A stretch of 64,000 nt of DNA. It comes from Antechinus flavipes. Taxonomy: Eukaryota. The stretch covers positions 45,570,001 through 45,634,000 of the forward strand of contig NC_067401.1 in the NCBI RefSeq assembly GCF_016432865.1, given 5' to 3'. The notes below the pieces were generated by a model, which saw only the letters and a program-made list of their open reading frames with translations, did no database searches and was not told where the DNA came from. This document shows positions 1 through 13,376 of this stretch, one piece after another (within the stretch, counting starts at the first letter, position 1; each line of letters opens with the position of its first letter). Both the position numbers and the translations under genes were made by a program.

Positions 1-147
1 GCTTCATAACCAGTCCACTTCTTGCATCTTTCATACTTTCTCCATGACATGCAAGAATTTTTATGCCACTTCTTACATAGGTCATATTCTATAATATGCA
101 CAACAGTATTTATAACCAGATGGAAAACCTCCTTTTTAGTTCCTTAA

Positions 148-893
148 TGAAGTGAACTGTGAAAGCTCTCTCACAAGATGGAGACAGTGTTCTAAGAATT
201 GAGTGAAGGTTGGCTGTGCCCTAGGGCCAGATTTCTTTCTCCAGAGATCACATAATTTACAAGGAGTAGGACTTTTTCTTTGGGAGACCAAGTTGGGACC
301 GCTTTGGCATTGAAACTCCCATATAAGGTAATTGAGTGATCCTAAAGATGTGGTTGGATTGAAAGTTTTTCCTCATTTATGACTCAGAATGTGAGGTCAT
401 TTGTCCTGACTAATCAGGGCAAAGATCTATAGCTCAAGCCCTGTACAATTCTTGTATGTTAACTGGGCTTCACCTCTCCTTGCCTCCTTGCTTATAGGGA
501 AGGAAATGCCCTTCCTCATGAAATTGTTAATAAAATTCCTTTCTGAGCTATTTGCATTTTTGTTTTTCTTCCCGGGTTATTTTTACCTTCTGAATCCAAT
601 TCTCCCGGTGCAAAAAGAGAACTGTTTGGTTCTGCAGATAGATATTGTATCTGGGATATACTGCAACATATTTAACATATGTAGGACTGCTTGCCATGTA
701 GGGGAGGGGGTGGAGGGAAGGAGGGGAAAAATCGGAACAGAACCGAGTGCAAGGGATAATGTTGTAGAAAAATTACCCTGGCATGGGTTCTGTCAATAAA
801 AAGTTATTATAAAATAAAATTAAATTTTAAAAAATTCCTTTCTGCTTTTACTTTGAGAAATCTCCTTAATTTATTTGGTCTTTGTCCCACACA
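148..893 (+). mobile_element. Solo LTR (ERV1-like), interrupted by an L1 3' fragment
   Basis: Starts TG at 148, ends CA at 893, flanked by TTAA (144-147, 894-897); AATAAA at 529-534. Confidence 0.6.
546..830 (+). mobile_element. 5'-truncated young LINE-1 (3' UTR + A-rich tail)
   Basis: Same 3' UTR as L1 copies at 11100-11465, 30600-30960 and 53660-54050; 14-bp TSD AAAATTCCTTTCTG at 532-545 and 831-844. Confidence 0.9.
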
Positions 894-961
894 TTAAGAA
901 ATAGCACTTCTTTCCAGATTATCTTTAGGAAAAAAGCAAAATAAAAGGTTAAAGCCTTTCC

Positions 962-997
<36 letters not shown>

Positions 998-1719
998 GAT
1001 TAAGAGTAAAAACCAAATTTAATTTGAGTCTAGATAAGCGTGTCTCCTCATTCACCTAAAGAGATTGGCACTATAACCAATCTCTTTACATTGTGTAGGT
1101 TTTTTTGCATTCTAAGTGAAGATATCTGTGAAAGGAAAAATTCTTAAAGGGAGTAGTTGAGGAGGGAATTCAATGATGGCTTTCAGTGATAACTATTCAG
1201 GAACACCAAAATCTTCATCTTTACATATTGTGACATTTTTCTGTTTCAAGATACTGATATTAGTCAAAATCATTCTGGGTCAAAAAGTCATGTCAAAAGG
1301 CCCTAGCTGGAAAAGTTTTTGAGTGAGAAGGGGGAAATGTGGGGAGAAGGGAAGAAAGAGGATGTCAATTGGGATAATCTTTCTCTCTAACCTAACAATG
1401 GCCCAGAAATCGATTCATGTGAAATTAAAATTGTTTCTACAGACCTAAACCTAAATCACAGAGTACAAAAATAAGTATTTTTTCATTAAAACTATATATC
1501 TCCACATTATCTTATGGTTGATTATCTAAAATTTTGATTCTTTGTAGATTGTGATATCCTATAATTTAATGCTATATAGCAGCATCACTAGGAGATGGTG
1601 CTAAAAAGCTGCAATAGAGCAGTACAGTTGATGAGGTCTTCAATATTGGGTATGGTTAGCAGAGGAATTGATTAAAAAAAAAAAAAAAACTAATCCCTTA
1701 GGCAAGCAGTAAGAAAATT

Positions 1720-2340
1720 CTGATAAAGGAGATCAGTTTAGTTGCTTGGTCCCACCCTCTAAAGGTAATCCAGTCAGAAATCCAAGTTATGTAAAGATCC
1801 TAAGGTTAAATTTTCCCTATAAAACAACTTATGGTCTATGGCTTTGCTGCCACCCTCCTTTGGGTGGCACAGCACCCTGCCTCAAAGTAGCTTTCTCCTT
1901 ATCTCTTCTTCCCCATCCACATGGTATCTCTCCTAACTCCACTCTGCTTCCCAATCCCACTTCTCCTCCCTTATAGCTAACTTGGCAAAACGTAGATTTA
2001 TTTAGGGGAATAGGTTACAGACAAAAATGAAATTACAATAGACACCAGGAATGGAAAATATGAAATAGAGATGGGAGAACATATGAAACATATGAAAGAA
2101 AGACAAAGCTACTCTGAGGCATTCCAACCTCATGGGGCACTCCTTTTCTACTGGGTAATTGTGAGTTCCGCCGAGAAACTTGTCTTTCATATGTTCTCCC
2201 ATCTCTATTTCATATTTTCCATTCCTGGTGTCTATTGTAACTTCATTTTTCTCTGTAACTTATTCCCCTAAATAAATCTATCTTTTGCCAAGGAGAATAG
2301 TCATTGAGACTTCTTTATATGATCAAACCCCAACTTTTGG
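1720..2340 (+). mobile_element. LTR remnant with internal inverted duplication
   Basis: 2115-2340 aligns by eye with the reverse complement of 39724-40040 (…ctatttcatattttccattcctgg…aataaa…ttttgccaa…aaccccaac). AATAAA near 2271. 5' boundary uncertain. Confidence 0.6.
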
Positions 2341-2929
2341 TGCCTGCTGTCAATTGCTGACAGCCCACATCATAGATCACATCACAGTGAAGAAAGAAAT
2401 TGATTACAACCCAAAGGAATTTCAGTTCCTAATCAGCCATTCACTGACTAGATCTTGGGCAAATTACTTCAGTCTCAGCAATACTCAGTTTCCTCACGAG
2501 GTTGTTCTAGTAATCCAAGAAGATGATGTATATGTAAAATGTTTTGTAACCATATAGAGCATTAAATGTATGAAGCTACTATCTGTGCGTATATTTTTAC
2601 AGTTTCACTTCTATTAAGAAAGGGAAAGCCTTCCAGCCAAAATATTTGTCCACACATATCTCTGGAGGAAAAGAATATAATGTTTGGTGGTTTTGGTTTG
2701 ATTTTCTTTCATGTATCTAGATCAAATGATGGTAAAAGGAAAAAAAAAAAAAAGACTGGAAGCCTTCACCTTATGAGTCCCTTTATCAATAATATTCTTT
2801 CATTACTTACTTCAATACAGGATCACTGACTGTTCCTCCCTCTTCATTTCTGTCTCCTAGCTTCATTGGCTTCAACTCCCAACTAACATCCCAATTTTTA
2901 CAGTTAGTCTTCCTCAATCCCTCTTAATT

Positions 2930-3125
2930 CAAGTTGCCTTCTCTGTTAATTATTTCCTATTTATACTACTGTTGCCTGTTTTGTATATATTTGTTTTCAT
3001 GTTGTCTCCCCTGATAGACTATAGCTCTTTAAAGGCAAGGACTTTCTTTGGCCTCTTTGTATTCCCAGTGCTTAACACAGTGCCTGACACTTAATAAATG
3101 TTTACTGATTATTGATTGATTTTGC
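2930..3125 (+). mobile_element. L2 3' end
   Basis: …ttgtctcccc…tagactatagctc…ggcaaggac…cccagtgcttaacacagtgcctgacac…aataaatgtttactgattattgattga, the L2 terminal motif. Confidence 0.75.
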
Positions 3126-3949
3126 TATATAATTCATATAATGGATTCTTTGGGCAATACAAGTGTTCCTGAAAAGTTCAATATAAACATAAGTTTTGGT
3201 GGAATAATTTTCCCACTGACAACATTAATTTGAAAATTGCATAAACTTATTTTTGATTTTTCTTCAAATGGATAATTGCCAATACCTCGGCCTAAATTTC
3301 GACTATATATTTTATACATTCAGTGTCCCCATTTGTGATTTATAGGTTTGTGCCCCTCTACGACCCTTAGAATTGGGCCTTATCTATGGGAGAGTGCTCA
3401 ATAAGAAATGGCTTATATATTGAGAAGAGGAAAGAGAAGGGGAAACAATTCTTCTGTCAAGTAAATAATTACCCTTGAATTTATCTATATAGTAAATCCC
3501 AGCTTTCAGTTTTTTATTTGGAGCACATACATATGAATTTCTTAAAGAAATGGCATTAACTTCACCTAAAGATGATAGAAATAATTTAATAAAATCATAT
3601 TCTCATAGATATGAAAATAAAAGAATATGCAATGTGTTCAAATTGATTTAATGCTGAAATTTAGCTTTATACCATTACTACTGTTTTTAATTACAAAATG
3701 TCCATTTATGAAAAATATAAGATTATATAGTTTATAATGGTTAAAATATCTCTTTTAGATTAGATCACAAGTCACTTGGTCATATATCTTTTGTAACCTT
3801 TGAAGATATAAGAATCCTAAACCTTTTAAATAACCTAATTTCAAAAAGTCTAACAAATTATCTTCATATTTACTATATTTTTATAAGATTCTCGATAGGG
3901 ATTTTTAGAACTCTTTTAGTAAACCATTCTAATAATTTAAAACTTTCAA

Positions 3950-4110
3950 AAAAAATTTTTTATTAAAGCTTTTTACTTAGAAAACATGCATGGGTAATTT
4001 TTCAACATTGACCCTTGCAAAGCTTTCTGTTCCAAATTATCCTTTCCTCCTCCCCCACTCCCTCTCCTAGATGGCAGATAGTCCAATACATAAAACTGTC
4101 AAATTTAGCA
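3950..4110 (-). mobile_element. LINE-1 3' end fragment
   Basis: Reverse complement of L1 tail (ttttattaaagcttttta…catgcatgggtaatttttcaacattgacccttgcaa…ctagatggcag). Confidence 0.8.
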
Positions 4111-4329
4111 ACATATTATATCTCATACCCAGCCAAGTCTTTAATTTTAAGGAAATTGTCTACTTCGGTTTTAATAACACGAATTATTACCAACTCCTGA
4201 CTATAGAAATACAAACTATATTGTGAATTATGGAATCCAGTGATTCAAAGTCACAATTTAAGCCCAACCATTACTCCCTTTCCCAAATCCTGTATTCTAG
4301 ACAAACTGAATCACTGTCACTTGGAATCC

Positions 4330-4980
4330 ATGTGGTGCTCTCTTACCTTTGGCAGAATGTATTCCTCTCTTCCAAATCTTACCCATTTTTCAAGACCTTG
4401 ACTCCCCAGTCTTCTTTTCTATGTAAATCATCCCTGACGCTCATTCCTTCATGCCTGATTACTCTCCACTTCAATCTATTCTTCATTCAGCCACAAAATA
4501 GTTTTCCTTAAGAGCAGGTTTGACCACATCATCCCCCTCAAAGAACTCCAGTGGCTCCCTATTGCCTCTAGAAGAAAATGTAAAATTCTGTTAAACACTC
4601 AAAGTCTTTGCTAACCCCTGCCTCCTTCTACCTCTCCAATCTTTTTACACCTTTTTCCCATACACACTACAATCCAGTGACTCAGGTCTCCTGGCAGCCC
4701 ATCAACAAAGATACTACATCTCGGCTCCAGGTATTCCCTCTGGCTCTCCCCTGGCCTGGGATGTTCTCCCTCCTCATCTCTAATCCCTCACAATTTTAGT
4801 GTCTTTCCTTTGTTACTGTCTACCTGTCATGGAGAGTCTGTTTGTATAGATTTGTCTGCTTGTGATTTCTCCCACAAATAATGAACTCCTTGAGGACAAA
4901 ACTAGTCTTTTGCTTCTTTTTTGTTTCACTAATGCTTCTCATAGTACCATGCAATGTATGAGCTTAATAAATGCTTAAAA
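4330..4980 (+). mobile_element. L2 fragment
   Basis: L2 3' motifs (aactccagtggctccctattgcc…; ctctccctggcctgggatg…; ttaataaatgctt). Confidence 0.75.
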
Positions 4981-5599
4981 AATGTTAAATGCCATATTCA
5001 ACATGAAAGTTCCATTTTTTTCCCTCCTAGGGTAGAATGAATAGTAGAACTACTGATCAACAGATGATTCTACTACCAGATGCTATAACCCCAACTCATT
5101 CCATAATATTTGTCTGAATCATTACTTCCATAATTGGTGTATATATAATTGAGGATTCATTATATTTTAAAGAAAAGACAAGTACTTATATAAATGTTAA
5201 TAGGAAAAATGAGTTCAATGATGTATTTAGGACAATGATAATCTAAAAAGCACCTCTCCCTAGATGAAGCACCCTAAAGTATGTGGTCGTTAGGATATCA
5301 TCAAGATGTTAACCAGAATCCTTCACTTTTTTCAAACAAGAAAAATTCAAGGAGTCTAGTTCTAAGTCTCTAAAACTATAACCCATAGACCACCTTTCGA
5401 ATAACTTCCTGAATTGACCTAGTAACGAAATTCCCAAGGCTAATACATGTTCAACTATAAACTAAAGCAATGGGATTCAACTAACTTAAGATAGGGACAG
5501 GACAGCAGATACTACTTTTTAACTGTAGTAGCAGTTATTCATTGGACCAGTTTTGAAGCAAGTTTTCAATGTCATATGTAGTTCTGTAAACTGATTCTT

Positions 5600-6110
5600 T
5601 AGTGTACTAGATCAACTTCATTTTTAATACCCTGAAAGACTGATAATAATCTTGTGTTTGGCATTCAAAGTCTTTCATATTCTTCCTTACATACATATCT
5701 TTCTCCAAATTCTTATTCCTTATCCCCAACTATTACTCTGTGACCTACCAACAGTGACCATTTTGCTCTTTCTCAAATAAGACAATTCAACTTCCAGCTT
5801 CATGGATTTTTATTAGCTTTCTCCCATTGCTGGAATTCTCTCCCTCCTGCCTTCCTTGGACTACTTTTAAGTCCCATCTAAATTCCTTCTACCAAAAAAA
5901 ATCTTTCTAGATCCCCTTTAATGCCAGTGTCTTCCCCTAGTTTATTTCCAATTTATTCTACACATAGCTTGTTTGTACAGAATGGCTTTCATCTTTTCTC
6001 CCTTATTAGACTATGTGCTCTCTAGAAGCAAGGACTGTCTCTAGCCTTTCTTTACATCCTCACCTTAGCACACTGCCTTACTTATATAGTAGAAGCTTAA
6101 TGTTGATTGA
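5600..6110 (+). mobile_element. L2 fragment
   Basis: ggcattcaaagtctttcat…tggaattctctccctcct…ttagactatgtgctc…cttagcacactgcct…aatgttgattga. Confidence 0.7.
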
Positions 6111-6199
6111 CTTAACCCAGAAAGCAAGTGAATACAGTAAGCCAAAATTGCAGGCATATAAGGACAACTAGGGAAAACAACAACCATTGGGAAAAGAGG

Positions 6200-7640
6200 A
6201 AGGCAGTTTTCCAAAAATTAATTACTCTAGCTACTTATATCTTACTAAAGTACACTATAATAATCACCAAATGAATGAGACAAATATAAAGCTCACATTA
6301 TTTTTAAAGCTATATAATAGAAGGAGATACTTTTTACAACTAAAGCTAGGAAAAAATTCACAACACAAAAAAAATCAATTAGCTTACAAAAAATAAAACT
6401 GATATTGTAGAGTATGTAAAATTTCAAAGCTTTTGTAAAAACAAAATTCATACTGATGAGATTAGATTCAGGGAACCAAAATGATGAGGTTAGGGTACCT
6501 GGTAGAGAGTTAAATGATAAGGTTAGTGGCAAGTATGGGATTCAGGAAACCAAATAAGAGGTTTGGCTCCCCTAAATCCCCTTTGGGATTCACCGCAGGA
6601 TAGGGAGTTGTGAGAACCCCATTCTGGCAGCGCAAAGGTCCTTTGTAAAGGAATTTATGAACCCAAAAAGCTAGACTGGTAAAAAGAACTCTATTATTGG
6701 CATTGAGAAGTTAGCCTTTGCTATGCATGAATAGAATTCTTTAGTGGCAAGGAACCGGCAGAGAAGTAAAGTTTCTAGTAGAGAGATTTCCCCGCCCTCC
6801 GCCCTCTCCCCCATAGAGAGGTATAAAGTCTAGTTAGGGAAACAGGTGAGGATAAAGAGAGGGTAATGCTGAGAGAGAATATCATTTCAGTGGGCAGAGA
6901 TTGCGGCTATGCCATAGATGGCATATTAGGTCCTCTGCAAGGACTGAGTTTAAAATTGGCTCTTTTTATCTACAAGCTGGAGGCAGTTCTTGATGGGGAT
7001 AGATACAGCTTGAGCTGAGTTGAATAGAAAATCTTCAATTAAATATGGTTGAAATTCTCCAGTTCAGGACTCAAATACCCCCACCTAGATAACAGAATGA
7101 AGCTGTTTGTCCTAAGGCAGGGTTCCCTATAGAGGCAGGATTCAGAGACTTTCTCCTTGAAGGAGTTTTAGGGAGTTTCGGGGCTCCCTTGTCAATATTG
7201 CTAGAGTAAGAAGAAAAATTAAACAGGGAGGAAATCTTTGCATCTATATCCAACAAGAATATTCAATCAAAAGTATATCAGAAATTCATACAAACATGTA
7301 TTAAGGGCAAAAACTATCCCTCAAAAAGATAAGCAAGCAAAAGATATGAATTCAAGATATGAACCAACCACCTAAGAACTGTAAATAAAAAAGGAGTATG
7401 AACCCATAAAGTATGGAGTCGTTTATATATATATACAACTACAATAATGTAAACAAAAATAATATTAAAATAAACTTCTAAATTCATATTTAGACCAAGG
7501 TCAGTCCAAAGAAAAAAATCAGTTTCAGATGCTGTGTGACTGATTATACTATTTTGTTTGCTTTTTTTTACTTCATTTTAAAAGAAAAGAGTGGCAGGCA
7601 AAAGGAAATTACTGTTAGGAAAACAAAAGTTGACAATAAA
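6200..7640 (+). mobile_element. Old LINE-1 ORF2/3' fragment split by the LTR at 6454-7194
   Basis: aaaatttcaaagcttttgtaaaaacaaaattcatac | atattgctagagtaagaagaaaa… rejoins into degenerate ORF2 coding sequence (compare KLKRFCTNKTNADKIRRE in the ORF at 54650-54871). Confidence 0.6.
6454..7194 (-). mobile_element. Solo LTR (about 740 bp)
   Basis: TG at 6454, CA at 7194, near-TSD ATAC/ATAT; cleanly interrupts L1 sequence; GC-richer than flanks. Confidence 0.65.
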
Positions 7641-8899
7641 ACTTTAAAACTAAAACAGCTAACAGTATTCTTGGCTGATTAAAAACGTTCAGTGAAGCCC
7701 ATTCCACTTTTAGACTTCAAACTGTTAAGAAATGTTTTCTTACATAAAGATTAAACATTTTTCTTCTGAGTTTTTGCTTTTCCCCTCTCCTCTTTTGGGA
7801 CAAAAAGAATCATGTAATCGCTGTTTTACATGATATATCTTCAAATACATAGTGTCAGTTACCACAATCCCTTCTTGCCAAAACCTCCATTCTCAATTCC
7901 TTCAATGAGTATTTGAGCAGTTTCCAGCCCCTTATCATCCCAGTGGCCTTCCCCTGGATACCATCTTTATTATATGTCCCTGGAAATTAAAGAAAATTTT
8001 CACTTAACAAAAGCAAGATACAACACAACTATCACTGATCTCATTGTATATTCATTTTTTTTAACATATATGTAATATGCACTTCTAGATGAAAATAATG
8101 GTAATAGCTGACATTTACACAGGTCTTTAATGATTACTAAGGTTCTTTTACAAACATTATCTCATTTGAAAGTTACAATATTAAAAGAGTTTATATGGGA
8201 AGTACCACAATTCCCTTATAATTTAAATGTGAGAATGATTTAACTTGTATCCATAATAAAAATATTACGGCTTTATCAAAGGAGATATACCCCAAAAAGC
8301 ATGTACACACTAATCTTTAACAATAACTAAAATTATAGTACAGTATTATAGTATAGTAAAATTCTACCATAACAAAGATTCTTTACAGAAATTTAACTCC
8401 ACATCTTAATAATTTTTCATAGATCTGGTTACAACCAGTTACGAGCTCAACATTAATCTTATAAAATAAAAGCATTCCTTGGTCAATATTCATAAAATGA
8501 AGATATCCTAACTTTAAAAAACAAAACAATTGAATTACTTGTAGTTGGTTAGGAAGAGCTAAAACTAAACTACAGTATATATTTCCTGTCTTGCTAACTC
8601 TCATCACTTACTTTCTAATTCCTCCTACCTCTTTTCATCTCAGCATTCCTATATGCTCCCCGCAAAAAAAATCACCTAAATTCTTAACAAAAGACTTTGA
8701 AATATGTGACAACAGGGGAAGTAGCTCATTCAAACTGGATCTATTAATAAATATTTGTTAAATGAATTAAATTTGTCCAATGGACATAGATCATCTGCAA
8801 AACTATTTTTAAGTGACCAAGAATTGAGGTAAACCCTTTAATTCTCATTTTTAATTTCCTAATGGAAAAGTTCCCAGCAGAATGAGCTTAGTAGCTCAC

Positions 8900-9660
8900 A
8901 AATTCACACAACAAATCTTTATTAAGCACTTGTTTTCCAAGTCACTGTAATAGGAGGTGGGAACACAAAGGCACAAAACAGTCTTTGACACTTGAAGAGC
9001 TTATTTTTAAATGAAGGGATTTTACAGGTATACACATAAGTAAACGTAAAATAATTTCAAAAAGCAAAAAACACTTAACTGGATTTGGATATAATCAAAA
9101 ATAAGGTTTTGTTTGAAAGGGAATGACATTGAAACTAAGCTGAGGAAGAAAGTGGCTCTAATGTGGAGTGAATAAAGAGAAAGAATTTAAAAATTAAAAA
9201 GAAATCTTAAAAGCTAGGTAAGAGTTTTATTGTATTTTATCCTTGGAAACACATGTTTGAATGAGAGTGACAGAAACAGTCCTATGCATTAGAAAGTTAC
9301 TCTGAAAATGTATGGAGGGTGGATTGGAGAAGGCCAAGAGTGAAAACAAAGAGCCTAATTAATTAGGAGGAAACTAGTGGAGAGAATGAGTAAAGGCAAG
9401 ATCAGGGCAAAATAAAGGACGACTTCATTATCTTCCAGAACAAGAGAGTATCATCACTAACGGTAGTAGAGAAGTCTGTAGGGAGTACAGGTTAAGGGAA
9501 GGTGAGAAGGGAGATGAATTCTATTATGAATAGGTTGCATTTGAAATGACACTAAGACATCCAGCAGACTATAAAGGCTGGAAAATAGAGTTCAGAAGAG
9601 AAATTGGGGTTAGAAATATAGCTCTGGAATCATCTGCAGAGAGATGGTAATTGAACCATG
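8900..9660 (-). mobile_element. L2 fragment
   Basis: tttattaagcac…cagtctttgacacttgaagagct…gagatggtaattgaaccatgggt. Confidence 0.65.
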
Positions 9661-9889
9661 GGTGATGACATCAGTGTGGGATTTTTTTTATCAACTTTTT
9701 TAGGTCATTTTTTTTAATTCCTTAAATTCAGGACTCAAGATAAAACCTTTAAACTACATATTAATCTACAAGTACACATTCCATTTTACTCTAAAAAATG
9801 TCTCTATGAATGACAATTGCTCATTTGTGTGTGCTTATTTAAGATTTTTAAATTTCTTTCTTCCAAAAACCCTGCATGGAAAGGAATAC

Positions 9890-10020
9890 AAATATCATTA
9901 ACAGCATTCTACAAATCAGGAAACTGATTCCCAAAGGTTAAGTAACTTGTTCAGGGTCATAAAACTACTAAGTAATGGAGAAGGATTTTCAGAGATCTTC
10001 TGACTCTAAAACCAATACTT
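9890..10020 (-). mobile_element. MIR/CORE-SINE
   Basis: attctacaaatcaggaaactga…ggttaagtaacttgttcagggtcat…tctgactcta. Confidence 0.75.
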
Positions 10021-10645
10021 TTCCTAAAATAAGGAAATAAATAATCTTTCCCAAAAAGGGCTGCAGGCTTATAGAGACATAGCTAATAGATTTTCTAGTT
10101 TCGCTGTCACTCCAAAAGCCTGAAGGATAAAATACTGCAATGATACAACAAAAATTACTACAGTATAGTCAAATTATGACAACAAAGGAGGAAGTAGAAA
10201 AAATAAACTGCATTATCTGTAGTATTAAGCTTATATAAATGAATTGGGGTTCTTTTACTTCAGTTAGGGAAAAAGAATTCAGCCCCCTAGAGTTCAGAAA
10301 AACCAAAATCTTGGAAAAAAAGATTAAATTTTTCCCACACTGAGAGTAATTCAAACAAGACATGGTTAGCAGTGTTGAGTGAAATCCCACTTAAGTGATC
10401 TTGTTATGGAAACCACCTTCTCTGCACGTTCTCTGGTGCTAATACTCTAGGAAGAAAGATATTCGTTCTAATTATTATACTTCTTTTTAAAGAAATAAAA
10501 AAGTATAAAATTAAGATAGTTTAATAATTTATAATTATATATAAATAATAATAAATAACAATTTCTAATTATTTCCTAATAATCCTAACCTTCCTAATTT
10601 TTAGAAAAAGGAAATAAAAACACGCTTTTGAAAACTGAGTGTCTG

Positions 10646-11465
10646 TTGGTGGAGTTGTGAACGGATCCAACCATTTCTGGAGAACAACTTGGAACTATGT
10701 TCAAAAAGTTAGCAAACTGTGCATACCCTTTGATCCAGCAGTGTTACCACTGGGCTTATATCCCAAAGAAATCCTAAAGAAGGAAAAGGGACCTTTATGT
10801 GCCAAAATGTTTGTGGCAGCCCTTTTCATAATGGCTAGAAACAGAAAACTGAACGGATGCCCATTAGTTGGAGAATAGCTAAATAAGTTACGACATATGA
10901 ATGTTATGGAATATTATTGTTCTGTAAAAAATGATCAGCAGGATGATTCCAGAGAGGCCTGGAGAGACCTACAGGAACTGATGCTGAGTGAAATTAGCAG
11001 AATCAGGAGATCATTATACACTTCAACAACAATACTATATGAGGATCAATTCTGATAGAAGTGGGTATCTTCAACAATGAGAGGATCTAATTAAGCTCCA
11101 ATTGATCAGTGATGAACAGAACCAGCTATACCCAGCAAAAGAACACTGGGAAACAAGTGTGGATCACCTGCATTTTTGCTTTTTCTTCCCAGGTTATTTT
11201 TACCTTTATAAATCCAATTTTTCTTGTGCAACAAGAGAACTGTATAAATATATGCATACATATATTGTATTTAAGATATACTTTAACATGTTTAACATGT
11301 ATGAGACTGCCTGCCATCTAGGGAAGGGAGTGGAGATAGGGAAGGGAGTGGATATAAGGAAGGGAAAAGTTGGAACAGAAGTGTTTACAAGAGTCAATGT
11401 TGAAAAATTACCCATGCACATTTACTGTCAATAAAATGCTATAATTAAAAAAAAAAGAAAATTGA
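10646..11465 (+). mobile_element. 5'-truncated LINE-1 (ORF2 C-terminus + 3' UTR + polyA)
   Basis: ORF 10639-10878 (…WNYVQKVSKLCIPFDPAVLPLGLYPKE…CAKMFVAALF…) is the L1 ORF2 C-terminus; about 15-bp imperfect TSD aaaactgagtgtctg (10631-10645) / gaaattgagtgtctg (11466-11480). Confidence 0.93.
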
Positions 11466-11659
11466 GAAATTGAGTGTCTGACAAAATGTTCATGAAATGT
11501 GCAAAGAGAATAAACAACAACAACAAAAATCTAGAGTTTTATCAATGTATACCACGTACTCAACAAGGTATTTTGTTATGAACTAAAAAAAAAAAAAAAA
11601 AAAGGTGAAGCTAAATTAATTTCATTTACCATCAAAACAAGGCTTTCAATTAAGGTATA

Positions 11660-11870
11660 TGAATGTGAGCCCAGAGTACTGGATAGAGGGCAGCAAAGAA
11701 TGATGGAAAGAACCTTAGCTTTGGAGTCAGAGGATCTGAGTTCACATTGTTCCTTTGTGGCTTTATGACCTTGGTTGGCCAGGTCATTTCTCTAAATTTC
11801 AGTTTCCTCATCTGTAAATTGAGTAGGTTGGCCTAATTGGCTGGAAATTCCTTCAACTGGAATTCCATGA
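11660..11870 (+). mobile_element. MIR
   Basis: tggagtcagaggatctgagttca…tgaccttgg…tcagtttcctcatctgtaaa. Confidence 0.8.
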
Positions 11871-12299
11871 TACAATTATTCTCTGACCTCATGAGAGCTA
11901 GCTACCAGGAGCCTCCAGGAGATCTAGTTATGTAACCCTGGACCAGTCTATTCATTTCTCATACTTCAATCCCTAAAATTACAAGTTGCCAGTATTCCCT
12001 GATATTGGGGATTTCTTCACCAATGAAAATCACAGGTCAGAGCTGGAAGGAAAAAAAAAACTATCAGCATACCTTCTTTACCTTTTATCAGCATTCCCCT
12101 TAATTTATAGTATAAAATTTCAGCCTATTAATTATTTTTTAAAGATTTGTAGGGGAAAACGCAAACACTTGATAGAGATATATCAATTCATATAAAGATA
12201 GGAGAACCTTTAGTATAAAAAGTGAAGAGATTCAGCTTGGCCTAACTTCACACTATCTTTTTTTAAATCTAAACTAATTTAATAGAAATGTTTTCCCAT

Positions 12300-12830
12300 A
12301 AGGAAGGCTACATCAGTTGGGAACTGGCTACAAATGAATGTAATAGTATTGTTCTATAAGAAATGATGAGTAGGCTGATTTCAGAAAAACCTAGAGAGAC
12401 TTACGTGAACTGATGCTGAGTGATATGAGCAGAACCAGGAGAATACTGAACACAATAACAAAATCACATGACGATCAACTGATAAACTTGGTTCTTCTCA
12501 ATAATGAATTCAAAACAATTTCAACTAACTTGGGATGGAAAATGCTATCCACACTCAGAAAGAACAATGGCAATTGAATATGGATCAAAGCATACTATTT
12601 ACCTTTTTGTTGTTGTTTTTGTATTTTTTTTTTCTTTCTTGTGGGTTTTCTCCCCTTTTGGTCTGATTTTTTTTGTACAACATGATGAATATGGAAATAC
12701 GTTTAAAAGAACTGCACACATTTAATATTAGTGTTTGCTGTATTGGAAAAGGGAGAAAAATTTGGAATATAGCCTTATAAAAATCAATGTTGAAAACTAT
12801 CTTTACATGTTTTTAGAAAAATAAAATGAT
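12300..12830 (+). mobile_element. Older LINE-1 3' fragment
   Basis: gaactgatgctgagtga…agcagaaccaggagaatac…aatcaatgttgaaaactatctttacatg. Confidence 0.8.
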
Positions 12831-12931
12831 AATCCCTAAAATTTAGGGGGAATAAAAATTTCCCATCAATCCTTACTATCTAAAGGATCAAGTCCAAATG
12901 CCTCAATCTTATATGAACAGACTTTTCATAA

Positions 12932-13376
12932 TGTAAGAGACAAGCATCTTACCAAGAATTCTATACACTTGCTGAAGAAACCAGGAAAAGGTTTTATTTA
13001 CGTTCTTGCAAAGCAGGTGTCTTAGCTAATAGACCCACCTTTGATGGGCAAAAGTACAGCCTTTTATTCCCTGTTGTGAAATCCCTGTTTCCCCCACTGG
13101 CTTGGGACTACAGATGTTACAGCCTAGTCAGACCACATAATTTCCCTTACAGGAGAGTCCCCCCACCCTAGACTACATCTCACATCCTGTTTCTTATTCT
13201 AATTTATGGCTTCCCTCCCCCCCATAAGTTTTGTTTCCCTTGTTCCACATCAGCCCAGTCTTTAGGTTTTCATTTCTCTAATTTAAGTTTTGTAACTGTG
13301 GAAACTAAACCCTCATCCAATTCTCAAGATAAGACCTCCACCTTACCTATCTAATATCATCTTAATTTCTGACACA
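12932..13376. mobile_element. Probable solo LTR
   Basis: TG…CA bounded about 445-bp block with TTTATT motifs (polyA signal on minus); TSD not clearly recovered. Confidence 0.45.
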
